In this document: positions 24,540 to 35,121 of the stretch, in pieces | How positions within the stretch are numbered: position 1 is the first letter of the stretch | Layout: every line of letters starts with the position of its first letter | NCBI RefSeq assembly: GCF_033153115.1 | Contig: NW_026889762.1 | Span: 5,852,496 to 5,916,495 of the forward strand | Source of the DNA: Saccostrea echinata | Lineage: Eukaryota | DNA: 64,000 nt | Direction of reading: 5' to 3' | Translations under genes and position numbers: made by a program | The notes under the pieces: generated by a model | What the model was told of the DNA's origin: nothing | Database searches by the model: none | Seen by the model: only the letters and a program-made list of their open reading frames with translations

Positions 24540-24854
24540 TTAATTGATTGTAAGTTGTCTTACGTCCCATTCAAGAATTTATCACTCATATAGAGACGTC
24601 ACCATATACCGGTGAAAGACTTCAAATTTAGACCTCTACTTGGCACTCATGACCATTGAGCAGTGAGGGAACTTGATCGTGCCAATGCCTGCCGTGACAC
24701 TTCAGAGTGCCGAGCGCATGGCGAAGGAACAGTAACTTCCTATTTTTTTATCGACTTTTGTTATCAACTTAGGTAAGTCGTGATCGAGATTCGAACTCAC
24801 GATCTTCCGATCACAGAGCGAGCGTTCTACCGACTGAACTACCGTGACGGTGAT
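24540..24854 (-). mobile_element. tRNA-derived SINE of a second family (-), with target-site duplication ttaatgatatga.
   Basis: Reverse-complement head caccgtcacggtagttcagtcggtagaacgctcgctctgtgatcggaagatcgtgagttcgaatctcgatcacgac (A and B boxes). The T arm cannot fold as a cloverleaf, so it is not a tRNA gene. The 3' block is shared with the other SINEs. Direct repeats at 24528-24539 and 24855-24866. Confidence 0.8.
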
Positions 24855-25280
24855 TTAATGATATGAATACACAGTTGGGAACGACATGGACATTATAGAA
24901 TGATTATTATTATAACAAAAATATACAAAAGACACACCGTTGTGAAAGGCAAAGATAAGCGTTGGCAAATAAGCTGAAAGGTAGCATAATCTTGTTGTAA
25001 GATTGCTGATTTGATATGGAACATATTTTTTTTTACCTCCACATCAATAAAAATAAAAAAGGACAGAATTTAGTTTATCCGGAATAGCAAACGTATCAAA
25101 AACCATATCAAGAAACATATATATACCAATATAAATTAAGCCAGAATAATGCCATTATGATAATTTAGATAAAAAATTAAATTTATGACAAAAAATATAT
25201 TTCTGAAAACTAGTTAAAGGGTTAACATTTCTGTTATGTTTTAAAAATTATTAGCCAACAAAGGTTTTTTTTTTTTGTAG

Positions 25281-26208
25281 AGTGTGATGAAAAAACGACA
25301 TAGGAAAGATCAAAGTACTCCTGCACCACCACCACCACCACCACCACCACTGATAACTAACGAAGACACACTTTTTGGAGCCCAATCACAACCACAGAGT
25401 GGGACAGGCTTTGGGTCATTTCCACCAGCATTTGGGACCCTATCTTCACAATCAGCACCATCAGCCAGCAGTCCGTTTGGAAGTGTGCAAGGTTTTGGCC
25501 CTCCTCCTGCCTTCGGGGCACCCGCTTTATCTAGTGTAAACATTGCATATCAATTCTCATCAGTTTCCGAAAAAAGTGAAACTTCTGGGTTTAGTTTTGG
25601 ACAAACGTTTGGGGCACCTACACAACAAATGTCTACTAACAATGTGTTTGGAGGTCCAGTCACTAAACTCCAAGTGCCCCAACAACAAATGTTTGGAGTA
25701 ACCTCAGGTTTTGGAGGTGGACCACCACCAATTTCTCAAATGTTCCAGCAAACTATGAGAGCAGGTGCTGTTGGAGGACTTCAACCACCTTTATCAAAGA
25801 AAACACATGGATCTGTTGTTCCTGAACCACCTCCTTCATCACGTACTCCGATATTGCGGCCTTCAAAATTTAGAGCAGGTCTGCCTCCAACACCACCCCC
25901 TCCACTCCCTATGGCAGCAGCACCTGGAGGGACTCCAACACCACCCCTTCCACCTCCTACCCAGATGTTCATTGCAGCATCACCTGGAAGGGCTCCACAT
26001 CCTCCTCTTCGACCTTGGCATATAATTGGAGCACCTCCCAAACCTCTTTCAATTGTTCACAATTTAAATATGTTCTCAGAAAAGGAAAGCAGACGTCAAC
26101 CTTCTCAATCTCTTGAAAAAGCAGCGATTTTAACTCAGCATTCACCTCCAGCTCCAACAACAAGAACACTTGAATCTTCCGATAATGCCAAGCAGGTGTC
26201 ATGGAGAA
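25281..26208 (+). CDS. Large exon (928 nt) encoding a Pro-rich, FG-repeat, low-complexity region: SVMKKRHRKDQSTPAPPPPPPPPLITNEDTLFGAQ...FGSFPPAFG...LPPTPPPPLPMAAAPGGTPTPPLPPPTQMF...QVSWR.
   Basis: ORF 25284..26219 with no stops over 309 codons. Preceded by a strong acceptor (15 pyrimidines plus gtag at 25277-25280) and ends at a perfect donor GTAAGT (26209). Phase 0 in, matching exon 23159-23266. Phase 1 out, matching exon 26584. Confidence 0.65.
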
Positions 26209-26583
26209 GTAAGTTTTAAAACAATTTATATTCTTTCACTTTATATCGATCAGGCACCAGTGTAACATACTCAATTTTGAAAGAAAACTCCTATCAAAAA
26301 TTGAAATTTTAAATTTTTCTGAATTTTATGATACCATGTCCAATTATTCATTTATAATGAGTTAAATATCTATTCTAGAAATATTCAAACTAGTCAAACA
26401 CGTGTAATATGTCTAAGTTTTTGTTGTTAGATTCTTTGAGCTATTGAAATTCTTGCTTATTTTTCTATTTTTTTTTTTAAATTAAAAGCTCTTTGAAGTC
26501 CTTACATTCTTTGTTAACAAGAAAATAAAACCATTTATCAAATATACTTTATTTTAATTATTATAATTTCAACATTCTAATAG

Positions 26584-26903
26584 CTATGGGGAGGAAATTG
26601 AACCAAGAGAGAGAAAGCAAACAACAGGAAATGGAAGATAAAATATTGCTAGATTCTCCGCAAGAAAATTTGCGTCAGAGTTTTTTAAAACGATCTCCTG
26701 AGAGAAAACAACAAGAAATGGGAGAGGAAAAATTAGAGAAAACCATGAAAAAAATAAAAACAAAATCCTTGAATCGTAAACAAAAAAAGCTGACAAAAGA
26801 GGATATTTCTCCAGCAAAGGAAGCTGAGCCACTACTGATAGAATCTCCACAAGAAATACAACGTCTGAGTTTTATAGAAAGGTCTCCCGAGAGAAAGGAA
26901 ACG
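26584..26903 (+). CDS. Exon encoding a charged region with two copies of a ~30-aa internal repeat: LLDSPQENLRQSFLKRSPERKQQE and LLIESPQEIQRLSFIERSPERKET.
   Basis: Acceptor ctaatag at 26577-26583 and donor GTGAGA at 26904. ORF 26586..26927. Phase 1 in and phase 0 out. Confidence 0.6.
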
Positions 26904-27307
26904 GTGAGATATCTTAGCCAGAATTAATCTTGAAATGGATTGTTATCTATAGATCATTGTGGTGTTAAAGTTGTCATTTTTTTTACAAACATGTCATGAT
27001 GTGTGAAGTGCTTCACCGTCCCTTTCAGTTCACATAAGGTTTTTTTTTTTTTTTAATCCTTTGGATTTAGTACACAAGCGAAGAGGTTATTTAAGTCACC
27101 TTTTGTTGAGAGTAGTCATCAATTAACTAACATTTGCTTAAGATAATTAATAGATGGAATGTGAATATTACATTTAAATGTATACTGTAGAAACACAGAT
27201 ATTTGTGGGGATAAAATTTCGTTCTTTAGTCTTCCAAGAAGGTTTCATGGGCATTAAATTTCATTGTTTCGAGAGTAACCCTATAGTAACCCTATTCTAT
27301 ACATATA

Positions 27308-29506
27308 CGAGGGTTGTTCGGAAAGTTCGTGGACTATGCCAATCTTCGTTATACTATCTTCAAGTAATTTAAAATGAGCATATGTAAAAATATTTGTTTT
27401 GTTTAAGTGTGAAGTTTCATTCCATGTGATTAAATAGAATTCATGCTGTTTAATTTTAAAATCAACACGTTTTGTAACCACCGAGCAAACTCAACAACAC
27501 TGTACGTCAAAAACATACCGACATGAGGTTCTCAAAAATACTATCCCCATACATTTCGCACAGTATTGCCCAATACGAGTGCACTCATTAAAAACGTTTC
27601 TCTATCACTTTAAGGTAGTATGGGATACCTCCACGTTATGACGTATTTCCGTTTGAAGTATTGTTTTGATTTGCATGAGTGCTTATTATCGGGTCAAAAT
27701 TTGTAGATACACCGTTGAAAAGAACACTCTGAAGCCTATTTCAATGCAAGTTCTCACAAGTCGGCATTTTAAGTAAAAACAGACAAAAAAATCGCAAGTA
27801 TATAAATTTACTTATAATTGTACAACGGACATTTAAAAGAGCAAACCCCTGTAAAAGGTAGTTTCAACATTGCTGCTTTTGAACACTTTTAAGCAAAAGC
27901 TGTATTTCAATTGTTTGAGTAACTGTACAGCACGTTGTGTGCGGTGAGGCATGGATAAGTGCAATTACTTCACATTGTGCTGAATTATCACCAATCAATT
28001 ATCACGTTAACCAGGGCTGGACTTTTTTGTTATTTAATTCAAGAAGTAACTGTTTGGTCACAAATCAGCTAGCTGTTGTATATAGTCCCAAAACGTTCAG
28101 ATGAATGCAATTGCTCTGAACAAGACAGGTCCTGGAAAGCGATTGTCCGTGCATTGTTTTCAAAACCGCTCAAAGTTGAAAACTACAAAGTGCGATTTTT
28201 TATGGTTGGGAAAAAATGCTCATCATTTCTAAAATAGCACCCAGGTTTTTTCAACCCTTGGAAAATAAAGAAGGATAACTCTTCCGCTCGGATCTTTTAA
28301 TTCAAAAAATTTTAAATGCATTTTATATTTTCCATTTATATATATATTTTCAATTTGTTTATTTCACTTTGCTAACATATTAAGATACATTCTAATTGTA
28401 GACTTTCATGAAATGTTATCCGTCTGTTTTCAAGAAATAAAGTTTTCCCAGTTTTTTACGCTTATTTTTTGGTGAAAATTAAAAAAATACTAAGACATAT
28501 TTCTTGTCATTTTTGTTTTTATAAACACTTTATATTAGCAAACGCCTGCCTATAATATTAAGCTTATGAAAAAAGAGTTATGCAAGAAAAAAATCGTTTT
28601 TGTATTTCTCATTAAAATAATAAAAAAATTATTAAAATTACACTTTAATATACTGAAAGGTGGGGGTATTTCAAATCCTTCTAATTTGGGTACATAAATA
28701 TGTAGGAGAAGTTTCCTTTGGTATCCCATACCACCTTAAATCTATTTTGCTAACAATTGTTCCAGTAGCATCATTTTGTTTGTCAATGTTATATTTTTTT
28801 CACTGCATGAGTGTGCTTTCACAAGATCAGCATCTGTGAAGCGCTAAACTCTTAGCATGACGTAAATAACTTTTCAATGTTTTTGATAAAATTTTTACAG
28901 ATAATCCATTTTCTCACAGATATTCTTCATCTAAGCAGAGTATTCTACTATTCAAATACCGCTTGTACCATGTACACACACATGCATGGCTAGCTTTTGA
29001 CGTATATCCTACTTCCTCCGGCATTTTCAGAGTTTTATTGTGAAGTTTTCCAGAGTACAACACAAAATTGAATGGTTAACTACTGCTCCGTGACGTTCTA
29101 CGACGTCATCTTTTTTGCCTTTTTCAATGAGAACTGCCTATCTTCTGAAACCAATTTCTTTTCAACGAAGTAAAATATTAAGTCATAATTTGGAATCAGA
29201 AACGATGAAAAAATTCTTAATTTGAACATGTAGAATTTTTCCGTTTTTTGTGTCATTTTACAGAAGATATGACTTCAGACATTATTTAGTGTCTTGATTG
29301 TAAATTACGAAATTTTGACCTGCTCCGTGATCCGATTTTCACATTTTTTAAGTCTTAATAAGTTTGAAATAAACCATGATATTTTAAAAATTTTAATACA
29401 CATCATTTGAATTTACTATTGAAATATTTCTTACAAATTTGGATATGATATGACGTTAAGTAAAAAAGTTATGACGGTAGTCCACGAACTTTCCGAACAA
29501 CCCTCG
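27308..29506. mobile_element. TA-flanked DNA transposon with ~30-bp terminal inverted repeats (cgagggttgttcggaaagttcgtggactat), about 2.2 kb, with no intact transposase ORF (non-autonomous). Tc1/mariner-superfamily-like.
   Basis: Left terminus at 27308-27337 and its reverse complement at 29477-29506. TA dinucleotides flank both ends (27306-27307 and 29507-29508). Termini are related to the element at 39469-40433. Confidence 0.75.
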
Positions 29507-30129
29507 TAGTCATATAAAAATTTCGTGTGGGGTTTAATTTCGTTGAAAATTGTTTACAACAAAATAAATGAAATTAAATCCCACACGAATATTTCTGCTT
29601 TTACAGTATTAAATGTTTTAAAGATTAAGAGTATATGACATCACACTTTTCATTCATGAAATATGAAGGTAACGAACAGTTAACAAGCTAAAAAAAAATC
29701 CATTAAAACAATACAAACTTGTAGCAGAGCAAACATGGGAATTTTATTAAATATCAGAGGTAGGATAAGGTGTCGTAGAGAAGCATCCCTTGCACCCCCA
29801 TGCATATCTGTTATGAAGTTCAAACGCTACTTATGATGTGTGACTGGTTCGAAACTTTGTGGAAATATTTTAGTTCAACTGACCTGAGAGCTCTAGTGAG
29901 CTTTTCTGATCATCCATTGTTCAGATTCCATCTGTTTGTGTGTATATCCATCTTTACACCCATTTATGTTCTAAAGAACCACTTGACAGATTAGCAAAGT
30001 TTGCACAAAGTATTTTTCGTAAAGGAGATTCAAAGTTTTCAAATAAAGGACCTATCCCCCTTAAAAGAGGAGATAATCAAGAAGACAAAAATAGGGTAGG
30101 GTCATTAAAATTTTCTCTAGAACCGCTTG

Positions 30130-30640
30130 GCCAAAAGATCAACTTAATCTAAAGGCATCCTGAGGTAAAGATTTGTTTAAACATAGCTCTTGAGGGTAGA
30201 GTGGGGCCACAAAAATGGATCAAAATTTTCAATTAAATTTGTAGGAAAACCTTTAAAATTCTTTTCACGAACCACTTCACAAGAAAAGATAAAACATTTG
30301 ACACCAGGGGTTATTTAGATTCTACGTTGTTCGGATCATGGTCCTATGGTACCATGAATCAGAGTTTTATATCGAAATATATAGGGAAAAATTATTTAGA
30401 TTCTGATTTGTTAAAGTTTGGCCCAGTGGAGGGGGGGGGGGGGGGCAGAAGTGGCTCATATTTTACATTGAAATGAATTGGAAAAAGCTTTTAAACTCTG
30501 AAAAGTTGTAACTTATGTGAAAGCCTTCTTTTAACGTTGATTGTATTTCATTGATCAAATCATGCTTCTGGGGATATGGTGTAGGCACTATAGGGAAATT
30601 TTTACATTGGACTATTTAAAAAATATCAAATTCTCTCACC
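30130..30640. repeat. Diverged tandem units related to the ~168-bp satellite.
   Basis: ...gggtagagtggggccacaaaaatggatcaaaattttcaat... and similar motifs recur three times. Confidence 0.55.
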
Positions 30641-33017
30641 TGGGTATATTTTACTTAATGCAAGTATACCGAAAATAAAATTCTCCGAAACTGCAAGACC
30701 ATGTTAGTTATATTGAAGAATCCCCATGTTGTGTGGAATCAGAAACTCCTCATAATTAGGGTGTGCTTAAAATATAAGAACATTACCTCTCATGGAAATA
30801 AAAAAAAATCTCTTAATTTTCTAAAGAACTGCTTAAGTGACACGCATCCAGGTGCGGTTTGTGGCCCACATTGACGTTCTGTCGTGGACTATCTCACTAT
30901 GTCTTGAATCAAACATGACAAAAAAAAAACTCAAAAATGACTATCTAATACAAGCCTTGTAGATATCCATGTTGGAAGTATAATCTCGAAAATGCGGTGG
31001 TTACACAAATTATAGAATCTGTCACAATCTCTTAATGAAGTATGCAAAACATAAATAAGATAAGGAAAGGTATAATGTTCAATAATTATTTTTCAACGTA
31101 TGGCACCATACTTGCTTTATTTTTGCATTTTGTTTCAACCAGTGCAAATGTAGTTGAGGAACCACTTGATACATTAAAAAAATAGTGATATCAATATTCT
31201 TATGTTTAATAAATTAATATCGATATGAAGTCATATTTTGATGGCATCGTGCAGTCTGCATTAGCAAGTAAGGATTACTTCAAAGTCTTTTCAGATATGG
31301 AACAACTAAAATATAGTACATAGAAAAAATTGTAAATCAAAAAGAAAAATCTTCATCTTTTCTATACTACATTGTTTTCATTCGTGTGGGGTAGTAGAAA
31401 CATTTCAGAGTAGAGGGAGAAAGAAAGAAAGAACATTGACATTATTTCACTTAATAACAGTCACGCCATATTATTCAAGATACGAGTGTCCTAATGGTTA
31501 TTTCATATCTTGTTTACAAATTAAATTTGCATTAGTTACAAAAGATAATGTTGTTGGTTCTGCATGGATTAATGACTGGAAGCGTCACTTATAAAATAAT
31601 GTAAAGAGTGAAATTTTAACTGACTTGTGTTATTGTGTCTTCTAGTACAGTACTATTTCGAAAATTTTAAATGGTTCAAAATAATTGTTATTATACCCCC
31701 GCAAACGAAGTTGGGGGGGGGGGGGGTATTGGAATCAGCATGTCTGTCTGTCCGTCTGTCTGTAGACGTGATTTTGTCCGGATCATTTCTCGGAGACTAT
31801 TACATGGATTTGTCTGAAAATTTGTACAGTCATTATGCACCATATGAAGGTGTGCACCTGGTATTTTCGTCTTGATTGGATAATATTTCTGCATTTTACA
31901 GGTGTTTTTTCTCATTTTTATTGACTTAGTCATTTTGAGTTCCTGTAGGTTTGAGGCATAGAATCTAGAACTGCCAGTTGGTACATCTGTATAAAAACGT
32001 GAATTGCAGCTTAAAACTACTCTTTAAAACTCAAAAAATCACCAAGTATTCAAAAAAGTTATTTGGTAGATAATCCATACAAATCTAAGAGTCATAAAGT
32101 ACCCTTATTAAAAAAAAGTTGCATCAAAATTAAACAGTTCTTTTTTTTCATTATATAAAACTTTGTAAGAAATTTAGAAAATCTTTGTTTTCAACAGAAT
32201 GACATATACATGCATTTTCTATTGTGTGACAGATTCACAGCACATAACACAGCAGATAGTGTAAATCCATTTGTTACCTGGGAGTAATGAGTGGACATGC
32301 ATCCAGTTTAAGATTAATTAATGGGCAGAGTGGGAAGCTGTTAGAGGTGTTATCTATATCTCCTGGGAATTTGGCAGAAGAATTAAAGATCTCTGTTCTC
32401 TAACTCTCTTAATATTAATTTATATTAGTCTAGCTGTCAAATTAAAATACATAGTTACTGGATGACCAGTCTTTTATTTTTAAGATGAATTTGGGATAAA
32501 GTTTTTTATTTTTATTTTATTTCATTTTCAACAAACAAATTGCAGAGTGTACAGTGTAATTTCTAACAAAAATGACAAATGCAATTTATTTTTTCAATCT
32601 AATAAAAAAACAGTATAATTGAACAACAATAATTATAAATATTATTAATTAATTAATATAATTAATAAACAATGTAACAATAATTATTATTATAGATGTG
32701 TTATTTGGCTGCACCTTATTTCATCATTCATTAAAAAAAATATAAAGATCAATGAAATTTTCACTCTTAATTGTTTAAACAAATTGTGAACACCTCTTAG
32801 AGCCATAAAATATGTTTAGTGACTTGGCACCTTTTCTGAAAAATCCAGCGGGGGTTATTTGTCCATATTGAACAGTTCTAGTTTTTACTGTTTTAAGTTT
32901 AACTACAAATTAAGTTAAATCATCACTTGTGAATGAAAATTGATAATAATACTTTAACGTTATCAAGTATACAACTTTGTATAATCATTTTACTTTTAAA
33001 ATATATATTATTTTTAG

Positions 33018-33137
33018 GAGTCTCATTCACTATTGCTGTTGGACGTCGCACCACTTTCTATAGGGGTAGAGGACGCCGAGGGGAATTTCTGTGTAGTTAT
33101 CGCAAGAAACACCACGATTCCTTGTCGGAAAGAACAG
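33018..33137 (+). CDS. Exon 1 of 8 seen of an Hsp70-family substrate-binding-domain gene: [40 protein letters not shown].
   Basis: Compare canonical Hsp70 [36 protein letters not shown]. Acceptor tttttag at 33011-33017, with an in-frame stop immediately upstream, so it must be spliced to an upstream exon. Weak donor GTTCAA at 33138. Phase 0. Confidence 0.75.
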
Positions 33138-33984
33138 GTTCAATTCTTGATAATTGAAATATATTTGAAGAATTTTAATTTTAAACAAAAAATGTATACA
33201 TTACTCAATGTTTCGTATAAGAAGAAGTTTAACTTAAATTTATCAGTAATGATAGCGATCACTCTAGAAAATACACCAATTTCGGAAACTTAATTGAATC
33301 TTTAGATCTATTTTTTCATAAATGTAGTTTATTTGAAGCAAATTCAAATTAAATTTCATACTACGATGTTCCTATATGTGAATGATTTTTTTTTGTTCAA
33401 TATGTTTTCAAAACAAATGCAAAATTATTTTTAATACATTGCAAACAGTTAGTGAAGGCAGTAGCGAGAGATAAACAAATATTCACTTTTTGTATCTTGA
33501 GCTTGATCCATTTTAAATAGTATCAATTCCTTATCATCCAATAGTACTTATCCACTAGTATAAATTTTGTTGACACAACAAAATATAATTTGAAATATTT
33601 TGGAACAGACTGAAGAATGCAGTTTAAAAATAAGCCTATCTTCTACATGTACTTCAGTGTATAATGGCATTTGAAGCAAAACAGCTTTACATGAACTTAA
33701 TAAATTTGAGAGATTTTATCGAGGGAAAGTGCAGCAATTTTATAGATATCGTTATATACTGTGATTGAGACAGGTTATAACGAAAACATAAATTTTAGAT
33801 TTCAATAAAGTGTCAGTGATATTTAAATAAATTATTTTTAAAACGTAATTCAAAAATGTCTATATAGAAAATGCTTCAAAACTCACCTTATATTACAAAA
33901 TGTTTCAAGTTTGCTTTTCACAAAAAAATACTATTTTCTTATATGAATTATATCTATTATAGATTTTTAAAATATGCTTTTTAG

Positions 33985-34089
33985 AATTTCACGTGTATTG
34001 ATAACAAACAGAGCAGAGTAGATGTCAGAGTTTATGAAGGATGCATGAAGGAGGCCAAGCGGAACCATTTTCTGGGACAGCTCCAGATT
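33985..34089 (+). CDS. Hsp70 SBD exon 2: NFTCIDNKQSRVDVRVYEGCMKEAKRNHFLGQLQI.
   Basis: Compare Hsp70 [35 protein letters not shown]. Acceptor tttttag at 33978-33984 and donor GTAAGT at 34090. Phase 0 in and out. Confidence 0.75.
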
Positions 34090-34364
34090 GTAAGTAAAGA
34101 TTAACATGCTAATATGTAAAAGTTGAACTGGTTTTTAAATTGAAGTAATTGCTTGATATTCGTTGCATGCAAAATGTGATATAACTGGTGGCTTTGTAAT
34201 TCCATATGCATATCTAGAATGTCAGCAAAGTATGTCTATAAAATATTTTTTTTAATTTTTAAGACAGATTTGTTTTCCAATATATTTTTTCTAATTTTGT
34301 TTCAGAAAATTAGAAGAAGTATATAAGATATGTATCTAAATAATAAACATTTTTAATTTTCTAG

Positions 34365-34482
34365 AAAAATATTTTGCCTTCCCATCCTGGAAGCCCATGG
34401 ATAAAAGTGACCATTGATATTGACGCCAACGGAATAACAACAGTTAAAGTAACAGACATCAGATCTCTGCGCTCTGAGTCCT
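34365..34482 (+). CDS. Hsp70 SBD exon 3: KNILPSHPGSPWIKVTIDIDANGITTVKVTDIRSLRSES.
   Basis: Compare Hsp70 [29 protein letters not shown]. Acceptor ctag at 34361-34364 and donor GTAAGC at 34483. Phase 1 out. Confidence 0.75.
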
Positions 34483-34650
34483 GTAAGCAATAATACACCT
34501 ACACTGCACTCTGAGTCCTGTAAGCAATAATACACATACACTGCACTCTGAGTCCTGTAAGCAATAATACACCTACACTGCGCTTTGAGTCCTGTAAGCA
34601 ATAATAACCTACACTGCGCTCTGAGTCCTGTAAGCAATAAAAAACATACT
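34483..34650. repeat. Tandem repeat, about 38-bp unit, 5 copies. Each copy reproduces the last ~17 nt of exon 34365-34482 plus its GTAAGC donor (ctacactgcactctgagtcctgtaagcaataatacac).
   Basis: Direct reading. It creates four extra potential donor sites downstream of the exon. ORF 34353..34637 (minus) is an artefact. Confidence 0.85.
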
Positions 34651-35026
34651 CTGTTCCAACTTCTCTTAAGTTTTGCTTCTTTCAGATTACAATTTACATA
34701 GAAAATAATTTTTCAGGGGGAAAGTGATTTTTTAACAAGTGAGCTGATTAAACCATAATTATTAAATTCCATGATATAAGTAATGGATTATCATATAATA
34801 GTCCTTTTATTAAAATGTCATATTTAATAATAATGGTCATTCTAATGACATCAAATCAGAAATATTACAAAAATAATATTTCTAATGAACAATTGCAGTT
34901 TTCTCTACTCAAACCTGATTGGTAGATTTATATAACTCCATAAATATTATTAAGGTTTGTCTGTAGATTGTTTCAATTAAAATTTAGGATTTAATTTATA
35001 TCTGATGATTTTATATGTACATACAG

Positions 35027-35121
35027 TTAAGATAGGAAATGACAAAGGCAGACTGAGTCAAGAACAAATTGAGCACATGGTAAAGGAAGCTGAAAAAGAG
35101 AGAATGAAATCTGCTACAGAG
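35027..35121 (+). CDS. Hsp70 SBD exon 4: (F)KIGNDKGRLSQEQIEHMVKEAEKERMKSATE.
   Basis: Compare Hsp70 [30 protein letters not shown]. Acceptor atacag at 35021-35026 and donor GTAAGT at 35122. Phase 1 in, matching the previous exon, and phase 0 out. Confidence 0.75.

Noticed and set aside
24770-24850. Possible intact tRNA gene on the minus strand
   Set aside because: A and B boxes are present but the 3' half cannot form a T stem with a 7-nt loop or pair with the 5' acceptor. The sequence continues into a SINE body with target-site duplications. It is a tRNA-derived SINE head, not a tRNA gene.
25284-26219. ORF 25284..26219 as an independent intronless gene with a GTG or ATG start
   Set aside because: It is immediately preceded by a 15-nt polypyrimidine tract plus AG, and it ends at a perfect GTAAGT donor in phase with flanking exons. 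It is more parsimoniously an internal exon. The low-complexity Pro/FG composition also inflates ORF length.
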